Of a DNA stretch of 64,000 bases, positions 38,699-46,595 are shown piece after piece; positions within the stretch are counted from its first letter, which is position 1; every line of letters begins with the position of its first letter. Under the pieces are notes generated by a model that was not told the DNA's origin, searched no databases, and saw only the letters and a program-made list of their open reading frames with translations. Source of the DNA: an uncultured Spartobacteria bacterium. GTDB taxonomy: Bacteria > Verrucomicrobiota > Verrucomicrobiia > Chthoniobacterales > UBA6821. Where the stretch lies: contig CAIPWR010000108.1 in assembly GCA_903868795.1 (NCBI GenBank), positions 5,589 to 69,588 on the forward strand. The letters run 5' to 3'. Made by a program: the position numbers and the translations under genes.

Positions 38699-39154
38699 AT
38701 GAAAAGAATTCTAATCCTGATCACGATCGTCCTCATTACTGCCACTGCTTCTCCCTCTCTTCATGCCAATCCTGGTTGGAATGGCGGATGGAACGGGGGA
38801 GGGGGCTATTCTCATAGCGGAGGCGGTGGACAATATCACCATGGAGGTGGAGTTCAGCATTATCAGGGCGGCGCCAGGTGCTACCCCGGGTGGAATGGAG
38901 GATACTACCGCCCCACTGCCTGCAGTTACGGTGGTGGCTATGGCCATGGTGGAGGGTACGGCGGAGGTTGTGGTTCTGCAGGAGGATGGTATGGCACCGG
39001 AATTCCGAATGGCCTGGGGTGGGTGCTTTGCGGACTCGGACTCGGAGGTCTCTTGGGAGTGGCTACCGCGCCGATGATCGTTGCTCCCCAGCCCGTCTAT
39101 GCTGCTCCTGCGCCCGGCATCTATTCGGCTGCCTACGGCACGCCGGTTTACTAA
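38699..39154 (+). CDS. secreted Gly/Tyr/Cys-rich protein with glycine-zipper hydrophobic tail (GY-2)
   Basis: Signal peptide ending SLHA|NP, a GGYYRPTACSYGG core, and a GLGWVLCGLGLGGLLGVA segment. Confidence 0.65.
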   Translation: MKRILILITIVLITATASPSLHANPGWNGGWNGGGGYSHSGGGGQYHHGGGVQHYQGGARCYPGWNGGYYRPTACSYGGGYGHGGGYGGGCGSAGGWYGTGIPNGLGWVLCGLGLGGLLGVATAPMIVAPQPVYAAPAPGIYSAAYGTPVY

Positions 39155-39181
39155 GACGTCAAGAAGTCGCGCGGTTTTCGT

Positions 39182-40078
39182 ATGAGTTCATTACCTCCAC
39201 CCATGCAGACAGAGTTGTCATTCCGTGGCGAAGAAGATGATTTCCTTCGCGAGTGGCTTCGTGAACGTCGCAAGACGCGTCTGCAGCGTCTAGGTGAATG
39301 GCTGGAGATGTCGGTCCTTCTTCCAGTTATTCAGGGTCTGCTAGCAGTAATCAGGGTAGCCGAGCCACTCCGAGTTGTCCCGGCACCCGTATGGACGATT
39401 GGCTCCATGCTGATCTCGATCGCAGTCTACTCTTCCAGGATGGGGTGGAAACTGGCACTTGGCTTCATCACCCTCTTGATGATCCACGAGAGCGGGCATC
39501 TGCTTGCGGCACGCTATTACGGGGCGCGCATGAGCGTTCCGATCTTCATCCCCTACATCGGGGCGATTATTGACATGAAGGAGCCGATGCGGAATGCCTG
39601 GGAGGAGGCCGTCTTCGGCATCTCGGGGCCGCTTTTGGGGACCCTTGGAGCCTGCCTCTGCTGGATCACGGCAGGCATCACCGGCAGCTTCTACTTCGCC
39701 GAGCTGGCACTCTTTGGTTTTTTCCTCAATCTCTTCAACCTCATTCCACTTGGCTTTCTTGACGGAGGACACGTCGCAGTCGTGCTCACTCGTTGGCTCT
39801 GGATTCCCGGCTACCTCATGATGGGCGCCTTCGCATGGTATGTGCATTCGCCTGTCGTGATTATCTCGCTTGTCGTCATGCTTCCAATGGTCCTCTCCCT
39901 CTTCCGGAAGAAACCACATAAAGACAATCTCTATGACCGCGTGCGGCTCGGGAAGCGTTTCGCCATGGGTGCCATCTACCTGGCCCTTGTCTCTTTCCTC
40001 GCCTGCTCCATGTCCTGGATTTTCATCAAGGACATCTACCCCGGCCTCAAGCAAGGCAAGAGCCTTATCAAGCTTTAA
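39182..40078 (+). CDS. M50 (site-2-protease-type) membrane metalloprotease (copy 1)
   Basis: HESGHLL (HExxH) and NLFNLIPLGFLDGGH (the NxxPxxxLDG motif). Polytopic. Confidence 0.75.
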   Translation: MSSLPPPMQTELSFRGEEDDFLREWLRERRKTRLQRLGEWLEMSVLLPVIQGLLAVIRVAEPLRVVPAPVWTIGSMLISIAVYSSRMGWKLALGFITLLMIHESGHLLAARYYGARMSVPIFIPYIGAIIDMKEPMRNAWEEAVFGISGPLLGTLGACLCWITAGITGSFYFAELALFGFFLNLFNLIPLGFLDGGHVAVVLTRWLWIPGYLMMGAFAWYVHSPVVIISLVVMLPMVLSLFRKKPHKDNLYDRVRLGKRFAMGAIYLALVSFLACSMSWIFIKDIYPGLKQGKSLIKL

Positions 40079-40104
40079 TCCGACGTGTGCGCCGATCTCA
40101 ATAA

Positions 40105-40458
40105 CTAAGAGTGTATGATCAAGCTGGTTCGATTAATCTCCACGTGCGAAGCGATCTCGAATGCCGACTCGATCGCTTGAAGATTTCGTCGAAGTAAATT
40201 CCTTAGTTCGGAATTTGGAATATTTCCCGTTGAGATTTGGAGAAGTCTCCGGGGGGTGCCTTTCAGAAGCAGGGAAACGACAAAGTCGGAATCCTTGCTC
40301 ACAACGATCAAGCCCTCCGAATCTGCCATTGCTGATATTAAAGTGTCGGGAGTCCTATTGCCCATCTCGAGATCCAAGGTATGGATCACCTCATGCCCCG
40401 CGTTACTGAATACGCTGCGAAGCGTACCGGGCAGTTGGGCATCTAACAGGAACCTCAC
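40105..40458 (-). CDS. DUF5615-like (PIN-like) toxin
   Basis: MRFLLDAQLP...VVSKDSDF pattern. Overlaps the DUF433 gene by 4 nt. Confidence 0.65.
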   Translation of the reverse strand: MRFLLDAQLPGTLRSVFSNAGHEVIHTLDLEMGNRTPDTLISAMADSEGLIVVSKDSDFVVSLLLKGTPRRLLQISTGNIPNSELRNLLRRNLQAIESAFEIASHVEINRTSLIIHS

Positions 40459-40697
40459 GCCGCGATCGGTTCAAGCCGCTTCACACGGCTCATCCTTGCA
40501 GCGTACGCAAATACAGCCTTGAGATCATCGGCTTCAAGATCCGGGTAATCGACAAGGAACTGTTCCACCGAGGTCGGGCCGCTAAGCATTTCCAGCACAA
40601 ACTCCACTGGGTATCGCATCCCCCTTAGGCAAGGCTTGCCATGACAGATGTCAGGATCCGTTGTGATTCGGGCCATTAATTCTGCTTCAGACATCAT
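40455..40697 (-). CDS. DUF433 antitoxin-like protein
   Basis: The ITTDPDICHGKPCLRGMRYPV motif is typical of DUF433. Confidence 0.7.
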   Translation of the reverse strand: MMSEAELMARITTDPDICHGKPCLRGMRYPVEFVLEMLSGPTSVEQFLVDYPDLEADDLKAVFAYAARMSRVKRLEPIAA

Positions 40698-40716
40698 GTT
40701 ATCTTATTCTCTATGA

Positions 40717-40923
40717 CTGGCATTTGCAAGTTCACCGGCATCGTGGAATGGCACCGGTATCCCGAATGGTCTCGGGTGGACCCTCTTTGGCCTCCAGGCA
40801 GTCGCTGCCATTGCCTGCCCACCGGTAGTTGTCGCCCCCCAGCCCGTCTACACAGCTCCCGTCTACATCCCCCCGCAGCCTGTGTATTACCAGCCAGTCT
40901 ACGCCAGCCCCGTCGTTTACTGA
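40717..40923 (+). pseudogene. 3' fragment of a GY-family gene (no start codon)
   Basis: The open frame begins right after a TGA at 40714. It encodes ..SWNGTGIPNGLGWTLFGLQAVAAIACPPVVVAPQPVYTAPVY..VVY*, which matches the C-terminus of GY-2 (WYGTGIPNGLGWVLCGLGLG..VAPQPVYAAP). Confidence 0.6.
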
Positions 40924-40935
40924 GCATTTACCTCC

Positions 40936-41661
40936 TTGTACAAGCGAGCGCCTGAAGGACGAAACCCTGACACACCAATCCGGATGACTCCGTTAATGCA
41001 ACTCTCTGCCATCGAGCGATGGGTCGATCCTCGGCGTATCTTCCACACGGTTGATCTCCTGCCGGAACCTCCAGCGTTGCTGGACATGCGACACCTCCTT
41101 ACGCCCAAGCAGGCCGCGGCTTGCGTGCCCGGCATTTGCCTCACGGTAACACCTCCTGCGGCCACCAAATTCAATGCCCAACTCTGTTTTTGGATCACAC
41201 GTGATGGGAAGAAGTCGGCTGTCTGCTCGTTCGCCGAGGGTGATCAGGAAATCTGTGCCGAATGGTTTCCGGATTTTGAGAGCACCAGCGAGATGACGGA
41301 CTTCATCGAGGAGAGGACGACCCGTTTTCTGCTGGAGCATCTCTTCGGACCGGCTTTGGACGAATGGGCCGCCTCAAAAGGGATACGCTGCGAGGAGTGT
41401 GCCAAGCCGTCGTCAGTTTTTGAGTTGGGGGCCAAGGCTTGCCACTACAGCTCAAGCAGCGGGTTTGATGACTGGCTCTTCATCGAGGTTGAGGACGGGG
41501 AAGGCTATGGCGTCACCCTTGGCATCTCGGGACGCGGAGAGTCAGCCACATTCACCTGTGACGAGGAGGGTTTTCTAGAGTTTGATCTTCGTGCCAACGG
41601 ACTCAAGACCGGCACGGAACTCATCGTCTGGATTGAGGGGGCAATCAGTAAGCACGCCTGA
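40936..41661 (+). CDS. hypothetical protein
   Basis: 241-aa ORF with a TTG start (an alternative ATG lies near 40984). No motif recognised. Confidence 0.45.
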   Translation: MYKRAPEGRNPDTPIRMTPLMQLSAIERWVDPRRIFHTVDLLPEPPALLDMRHLLTPKQAAACVPGICLTVTPPAATKFNAQLCFWITRDGKKSAVCSFAEGDQEICAEWFPDFESTSEMTDFIEERTTRFLLEHLFGPALDEWAASKGIRCEECAKPSSVFELGAKACHYSSSSGFDDWLFIEVEDGEGYGVTLGISGRGESATFTCDEEGFLEFDLRANGLKTGTELIVWIEGAISKHA

Positions 41662-41774
41662 TCTTTTTCCTCACATTTCTGATTTTCCACACGTCTGCTT
41701 CACCTGTCCGAAAGGCTACAGCCTGTATCGCTCAAGCCTTTCGCTTAATTTTATCACCAATTTTTCTCACCCAG

Positions 41775-41789
41775 CGACACCTCTCGTCG
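41775..41789. promoter_or_regulatory. palindrome CGAC-acctctc-GTCG (motif site e)
   Basis: The same CGACAC..GTCG core, about 145 nt upstream of the YbjN-like gene at 41936. Confidence 0.3.
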
Positions 41790-41935
41790 CCGCCCTATGT
41801 CAGGATTGCTTCAACTTCAGAATCGATGAACCCAATCCCCGCATCACCATTCCCCGATACGGGAAGATCCCCCCTTTTATACCTTCCACCTTCTAACCTT
41901 CACCCATTCCCTAACTCCTAGCCCCTATATCACCC

Positions 41936-42682
41936 ATGTCCGACTCCAATACCCCGTTTGAACCCGCAACCGGCCCCGACTTCGGAGGGCCCTTCAAGAC
42001 CGTGTGCGATCACTTCGAGGAACACATGAAATCCGTGAACATCGATTGGGAGAAAAAAACCCTCCGTTTCCAAGTTTATGGCGACCACGCGAACATGGAT
42101 GTCCGGATTCGTGTCTGCGAGGAGGATCATGTCCTCCAGTTCTTCATCACGCTACCCTTCCGGGTGGCGAACGAGAAGATGCGACCCATCGTGGCCGATT
42201 TTGTGGCCAGGGCAAATTGGGGTCTCGTCGTCGGATCGCTGGAATTTGACATGAGGGACGGGGAACTCGTCTACCACATGACGCAGTTGCTTGAGAACCA
42301 CACGATCGGTGATCAACTCATAGGACGTCTGTTTCGCACAGGCATGTCGACGTTCGACAGGTACATCCCCGGCATCTTTCAGATCATTTACGGAGGGAAT
42401 ACCCCGGAAGACGCCGTCTACCTTTGCGAATTGGACATGCATTCCTCCCAAGATGCCGACACCCAGTCCTCATCCGTCGCGCCGAAGAAGAAAAAGCCGG
42501 CACCGCGTCGAAAGAAATCCACCAGCAAGGACGCCGGTAAGGAAAGCGGACAGGAGAGTCATTCCTCTGATTCCGGAAACCATGCAGCTCTCGAATCCCC
42601 AGCACCTCAGGATCCCATGGGTAACAATCAGGCAGAGGATCGTGGTACATTTTCTGCAGAGGCCGAGGAGGATGAATTTTAG
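41936..42682 (+). CDS. YbjN-like protein with Lys-rich/acidic tail (copy 2)
   Basis: FVARANWGLVVGSLEFDMRDGELVYH and YGGNTPEDAVYLCELD. Paralog of 31588..32403. Confidence 0.65.
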   Translation: MSDSNTPFEPATGPDFGGPFKTVCDHFEEHMKSVNIDWEKKTLRFQVYGDHANMDVRIRVCEEDHVLQFFITLPFRVANEKMRPIVADFVARANWGLVVGSLEFDMRDGELVYHMTQLLENHTIGDQLIGRLFRTGMSTFDRYIPGIFQIIYGGNTPEDAVYLCELDMHSSQDADTQSSSVAPKKKKPAPRRKKSTSKDAGKESGQESHSSDSGNHAALESPAPQDPMGNNQAEDRGTFSAEAEEDEF

Positions 42683-43136
42683 ATTTTCCAAAGTGGGGAA
42701 TCTAGCTTTCAGCTCCCCTCATTACTGAAAAGTGCTACAAGCATGACATTCCTCCGATGACGACCGAATCCGTTCTTGAAGAGGATTTGAAGTTTTCCCA
42801 AGCGTATGGTTCGTCTATGCCAACGGATGTAAGGATCGCCCGGGCTTCGATGATAGGCTGGAATTCCGCATCAGCCTTCTGTCCCACCAAGGGAGCGGCG
42901 ACTGGGTGGAGGAGACCCTCACGGAGGCCAAGCAGGTGCTCGATGCCGATTCCTCGCCTGTATCGGATCCAGAGTGCAAGTACTGCGGGTATGTGGAGAA
43001 AGCCTCCCAACTGATGCGTTTAGCCGTTTTTGGATGCTGATTGTTCAATAAAGTGCTACAAAAATGATGATCACTCACAATCAAAAAATAAACACAACTT
43101 CGGTTAAAAAATCCGTTTTCAACTAGAGTCCATATT

Positions 43137-43523
43137 ATGAGGGAAGAATTGCGAATTGAGTTAAGTGAGTTATGTGAAGGCAATCCAGGTGTACGTAAAC
43201 TCATGCTCCATTTTTCCACATCTGAAGATGTGGCTTTTACTTCCATAAGTGATTTGGCAGCTATCGTGGGAAAGGATCCCACTGATTCAGCTGTCCGCGA
43301 AGTTGCCGATGAGCTCCTGCGGTATTTTTCCGATCAGCTAGATCTTGGTAATCCCCGCACACGGGCAAACCTTTTTGAGACTTTCCGTGCTGTCAGGAAT
43401 TCCAGAAGGACTTTTGAAGAAGAGGTCGCCGTTCGCCGAGTAAGATTCTTAAAATATCCGCTGGGTGCTCTGGTGCGGGCGACGGGCCTCCATCATCGGT
43501 TCTGGTCTTTGATTTACCCGTAG
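43137..43523 (+). CDS. hypothetical protein
   Basis: 128-aa ATG ORF following an AT-rich spacer. Confidence 0.4.
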   Translation: MREELRIELSELCEGNPGVRKLMLHFSTSEDVAFTSISDLAAIVGKDPTDSAVREVADELLRYFSDQLDLGNPRTRANLFETFRAVRNSRRTFEEEVAVRRVRFLKYPLGALVRATGLHHRFWSLIYP

Positions 43524-43583
43524 AGGATTCCCCGCTGGATGATGGAGTCTGCCCATCGCTTCAGAACGCGAAGCGCGGCAGTA

Positions 43584-44327
43584 TTACGGAGACGATTTCG
43601 ATGCAGTTGCATTTGCATGAAGGTTTTTCCTGAGGAAGAGGTGTTGAGATCCTGGCATCGGGGCGTAATTTTCCAAGGTCATCCCGTGTGTTCCGAGTGT
43701 GGACAGAAGCCTCTCCTTGGGCCAGCAGCGGATCTGGAACTGATCACGGTAACGGATTCGGGCACCGTTCCGAAGGTCATACGAGTCCTCGGTGTAGCGG
43801 TAGAGTCCGTTGCCGAGTGGCTCGACAACCATGTTGCGCTCCATGCGGCCGGTTTTCTTGGACATGGAGCCAAAAGCCCCTTCGCTTGGGGCATCCAGAA
43901 TCAGAAGTCCTCCGGGTTTCAGCGATCGGGCCATGACGGAGCAGGCAAGTTCCAGCTCATGCTCCTCGGTCGTATAGGCGATGACCGTGAAAAGACAGAG
44001 GGCGAGATCCTGATCTCCCTCGGGAATGAAGCCCTGGATCTTTTGGGTGAAATGATTGATCGGCACCTCTGCATCCCCGGCTTTTCGGAGAAGGACCTGC
44101 ATCATGGATGTGGAGGGTTCGACCGCTGTGACTTGATGGCCCTCGAGTGCAAGAGGTATGGCGACACGTCCCGTCCCGGCACCGAAGTCGATGATTTTTT
44201 TCCTGCCATCAGCGTTCCTGGTGATGTGGGAGAGGGTTTCCCGTGTGAAGCTCCCGTACATCGCACCGAAAGTTTCCTCGTAGAAGAAATCGTAGACCTC
44301 GGCCCAAGGTTCATGAGGTAATGGCAT
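43584..44327 (-). CDS. class I SAM-dependent methyltransferase
   Basis: IIDFGAGTGRVAIPLALEGHQVTAVEPS motif. Confidence 0.75.
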   Translation of the reverse strand: MPLPHEPWAEVYDFFYEETFGAMYGSFTRETLSHITRNADGRKKIIDFGAGTGRVAIPLALEGHQVTAVEPSTSMMQVLLRKAGDAEVPINHFTQKIQGFIPEGDQDLALCLFTVIAYTTEEHELELACSVMARSLKPGGLLILDAPSEGAFGSMSKKTGRMERNMVVEPLGNGLYRYTEDSYDLRNGARIRYRDQFQIRCWPKERLLSTLGTHGMTLENYAPMPGSQHLFLRKNLHANATASKSSP

Positions 44328-44473
44328 GTGAAAAGTACTTCACAAGCCTTTCATGCAAGTCAAAGCATATTTCAGTTGTACTGTTCGCGGAATTGACACC
44401 AATGTTGGATTGCCATGTGTCGAGTCAGTTGAGAGAAGAGGATATCTTTTTGATTTTCTAAAAATTCCATCAA

Positions 44474-45394
44474 ATGACTGTTGAACAACTAGCTTCCATG
44501 TTTCCCCTGATCCCCGACGATTTCCGCGAGGATTTGTCCGGTGGACCTTTCAGGGTGGCCTGGTATGCCTCCGCGGGGAACGATCTCCGCCCTGTCGAAT
44601 TACTGAGCCACACAACGGCCCGTCCACAACCGAGTGAAGGAATCAGGGTATTCCTCTACACCGGCATCAATCCGGACTTGAGGAGGCAACTCTGCCGCCA
44701 ATCATGGCCGGGCCATGTGAGCAGGAATCACTGGATATACATGACCCCGAATGGAACTCCGCGATACGAGAGGCCATACGGGGACGCATTTCTTGCCTTT
44801 CACGCCGATCTGATCGTTTTCACCCCCGAGGTTGATCCCCCCGTGCTTTTCAAGACAAGGCGAGGATGTGATTTTAAGCGAGGGATATTTGGTCCTCTCT
44901 TGGAGATATATCACGATTTCTTCGGGGATCAGGAAGCAACCTACAATGTGGAAATGGACTTCGTTTATTCGATTCAATCGATAAACGGAGTTAATAGCAT
45001 TGGTGATTTCGTTGGCTGTGAAACTGGGCTTGTTATTAAAAATAAACAAAATGGCGATACGCTTGATGTAGCTGGACTGCATTCAAGTCCCCGGGAAATG
45101 GAATACTGCAAAATTCTTTATTCTTTCATCTTTCGTGAATGCAAGAGGGAGCCGAGCCTCCTTCTTCAATCGGAAAGCATGCCTTATCCCTCGGGATACC
45201 ATACTCCCCGGAACATCTACATATTCTTCACCAAGATCTCGGATGAACACTTCAGGGATCAACTCCTTGAAAGAGGCATACGAATCACCGCAGGCTGCTT
45301 TGACTCGAATCACGTGCTCGATCAGTTTCGTGGTCTCCGGATGGACTATCCAAAGGATCTCAGGGATCCCGACCGTGTCATTGATGTGCATTGA
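44474..45394 (+). CDS. hypothetical protein
   Basis: 306-aa ORF. The N-terminal WYASAGNDLRP loosely resembles FYPGCERDASA in 46596..47603. Confidence 0.5.
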   Translation: MTVEQLASMFPLIPDDFREDLSGGPFRVAWYASAGNDLRPVELLSHTTARPQPSEGIRVFLYTGINPDLRRQLCRQSWPGHVSRNHWIYMTPNGTPRYERPYGDAFLAFHADLIVFTPEVDPPVLFKTRRGCDFKRGIFGPLLEIYHDFFGDQEATYNVEMDFVYSIQSINGVNSIGDFVGCETGLVIKNKQNGDTLDVAGLHSSPREMEYCKILYSFIFRECKREPSLLLQSESMPYPSGYHTPRNIYIFFTKISDEHFRDQLLERGIRITAGCFDSNHVLDQFRGLRMDYPKDLRDPDRVIDVH

Positions 45395-45506
45395 TCAAAT
45401 CTAGCAACGAATGCTGTCTTACACCGAAAGATTCCTTGCAATAGCCGGAGGTTCTACGCAACTTGCTCACATGATTCACTTGTACAACACGCGTTTTAGA
45501 TGCGCG

Positions 45507-45524
45507 CCCGACACAACCGTCGGG
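45507..45524. promoter_or_regulatory. palindrome CCCGAC-acaacc-GTCGGG (motif site d)
   Basis: The same 21-mer as at 36963. It ends 16 nt upstream of the GTG start at 45541. Confidence 0.45.
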
Positions 45525-45540
45525 ACCGCCATCTTAACAC

Positions 45541-46254
45541 GTGAACAACACAATCAATGACACAGTAACCCCCGTTTCTAACACGCTCCGCAGTCTGGCG
45601 GGGCGGATCGCGCGGGTCCTCCCGTATTTCAAATCCCTACGCAGCACGGAGTGCAGGGCGAGGCTGCTCTTCAACCCTCTCGAGAATTCCACGAGGTTCT
45701 ACCTCTCGGTGCGTGATGCCATGGAAAGGCTCGCGAAGGCTTCTCAGCCCTCGCTTTTGGAGATCGAGATCATCGATTCCTGCGGCGTCGAACCGGAGCT
45801 CATCCTTGCCTTTCACGATCTCCTCTCGAACCGCCCTTCCCGCGTGCGTCTGCGCGTGGTGACCAGGTTCAACCTGATTGACGGATTGATTCTTTTGCCG
45901 ATCTTGGCAGACGAGGTGCACATCGGTGCTCACTGCTGGTGGGAGTGTGTTGATCCCTTAAAAATCGAAGAGGAAAAAGACTGCATTGATGGAGATGAGT
46001 GGAAGAAACCGGTGCGCCGCGGCGCAGGGTCTACCGACGAGCCGGCTCCTCTGGCAGACCATCGCACGCTTCGTGCACTCCTCGGACAGTATCTGCCCTA
46101 TGCGGAATATTCCGGCCGGCGCGTACCGCTAGCAGCAACGTTGAGGGATTTCGGTCTCATTCCAGGAGATCAAGCCGATTTTCTCACCCGCTGCCTCACT
46201 ATGCCGATGCCCACGACACCTGCTGTCTCTGCACCGTGCAACACTCTGAGGTAA
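45541..46254 (+). CDS. hypothetical protein, possibly a degenerate ClpP/crotonase-fold protein
   Basis: By eye, EIEIIDSCGVEPELILAFHDLL...RVVTRFNLIDGLILLPILAD...HIGAHCWW aligns with the ClpP INSPGG...GxAASMG...MIHQP region, but has no Ser/His at the catalytic positions. Confidence 0.35.
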   Translation: MNNTINDTVTPVSNTLRSLAGRIARVLPYFKSLRSTECRARLLFNPLENSTRFYLSVRDAMERLAKASQPSLLEIEIIDSCGVEPELILAFHDLLSNRPSRVRLRVVTRFNLIDGLILLPILADEVHIGAHCWWECVDPLKIEEEKDCIDGDEWKKPVRRGAGSTDEPAPLADHRTLRALLGQYLPYAEYSGRRVPLAATLRDFGLIPGDQADFLTRCLTMPMPTTPAVSAPCNTLR

Positions 46255-46258
46255 TGCC

Positions 46259-46555
46259 ATGAAGAAACTCATCCTTTGCTCGTTGTTCTCCGTCGGCATC
46301 GCCCATGCCCAGCCCTGCGGTTGGGGTGGCTATGCGCGCCCTTACTCTGGGTGGATCTCCACCACTGGAGCCTGTAACGGTGGCGGCTGTTATGCCCCCG
46401 TGCTCTACGGGAACCCCTATGCCTGCGGTTACTATGCGGCTCCCACCGTTCCGGTCACCATCGGCCCACCCACGGGCATCGGCATCTCGTTCTTCGGCCT
46501 GAACATCCTGTCCATCAACCCGACGCTTCCCCAGGCAACCTTGATTACCCGCTGA
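46259..46555 (+). CDS. secreted Gly/Tyr/Cys-rich protein (GY-3)
   Basis: Signal peptide ending IAHA|QP, then CGWGGYARPYSGW, NGGGCYAP and ACGYYAAP. Confidence 0.6.
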   Translation: MKKLILCSLFSVGIAHAQPCGWGGYARPYSGWISTTGACNGGGCYAPVLYGNPYACGYYAAPTVPVTIGPPTGIGISFFGLNILSINPTLPQATLITR

Positions 46556-46595
46556 ATCCACCATCTCCGCATCCAACCCAACCAAACTTATTCAT

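Noticed and set aside
38711-39240. Several overlapping ORFs in other frames and strands across the GY-2 gene (38711..38947, 38763..39077, 38878..39240), with equivalents over GY-1 (34542..34978).
   Set aside because: Repetitive GGN/TAY codon runs keep several frames open. Only the frames with a signal peptide and the shared GY(Y/A)RP core were kept. The choice remains somewhat uncertain.
42729-43061. 12-bp direct repeat aaagtgctacaa (42729-42740 and 43050-43061) flanking the nuclease-like fragment, considered as possible att or target-site duplications.
   Set aside because: About one 12-bp repeat within ~320 bp is expected by chance in a 64-kb window, more in AT-rich DNA. No associated recombinase or terminal inverted repeats were seen.
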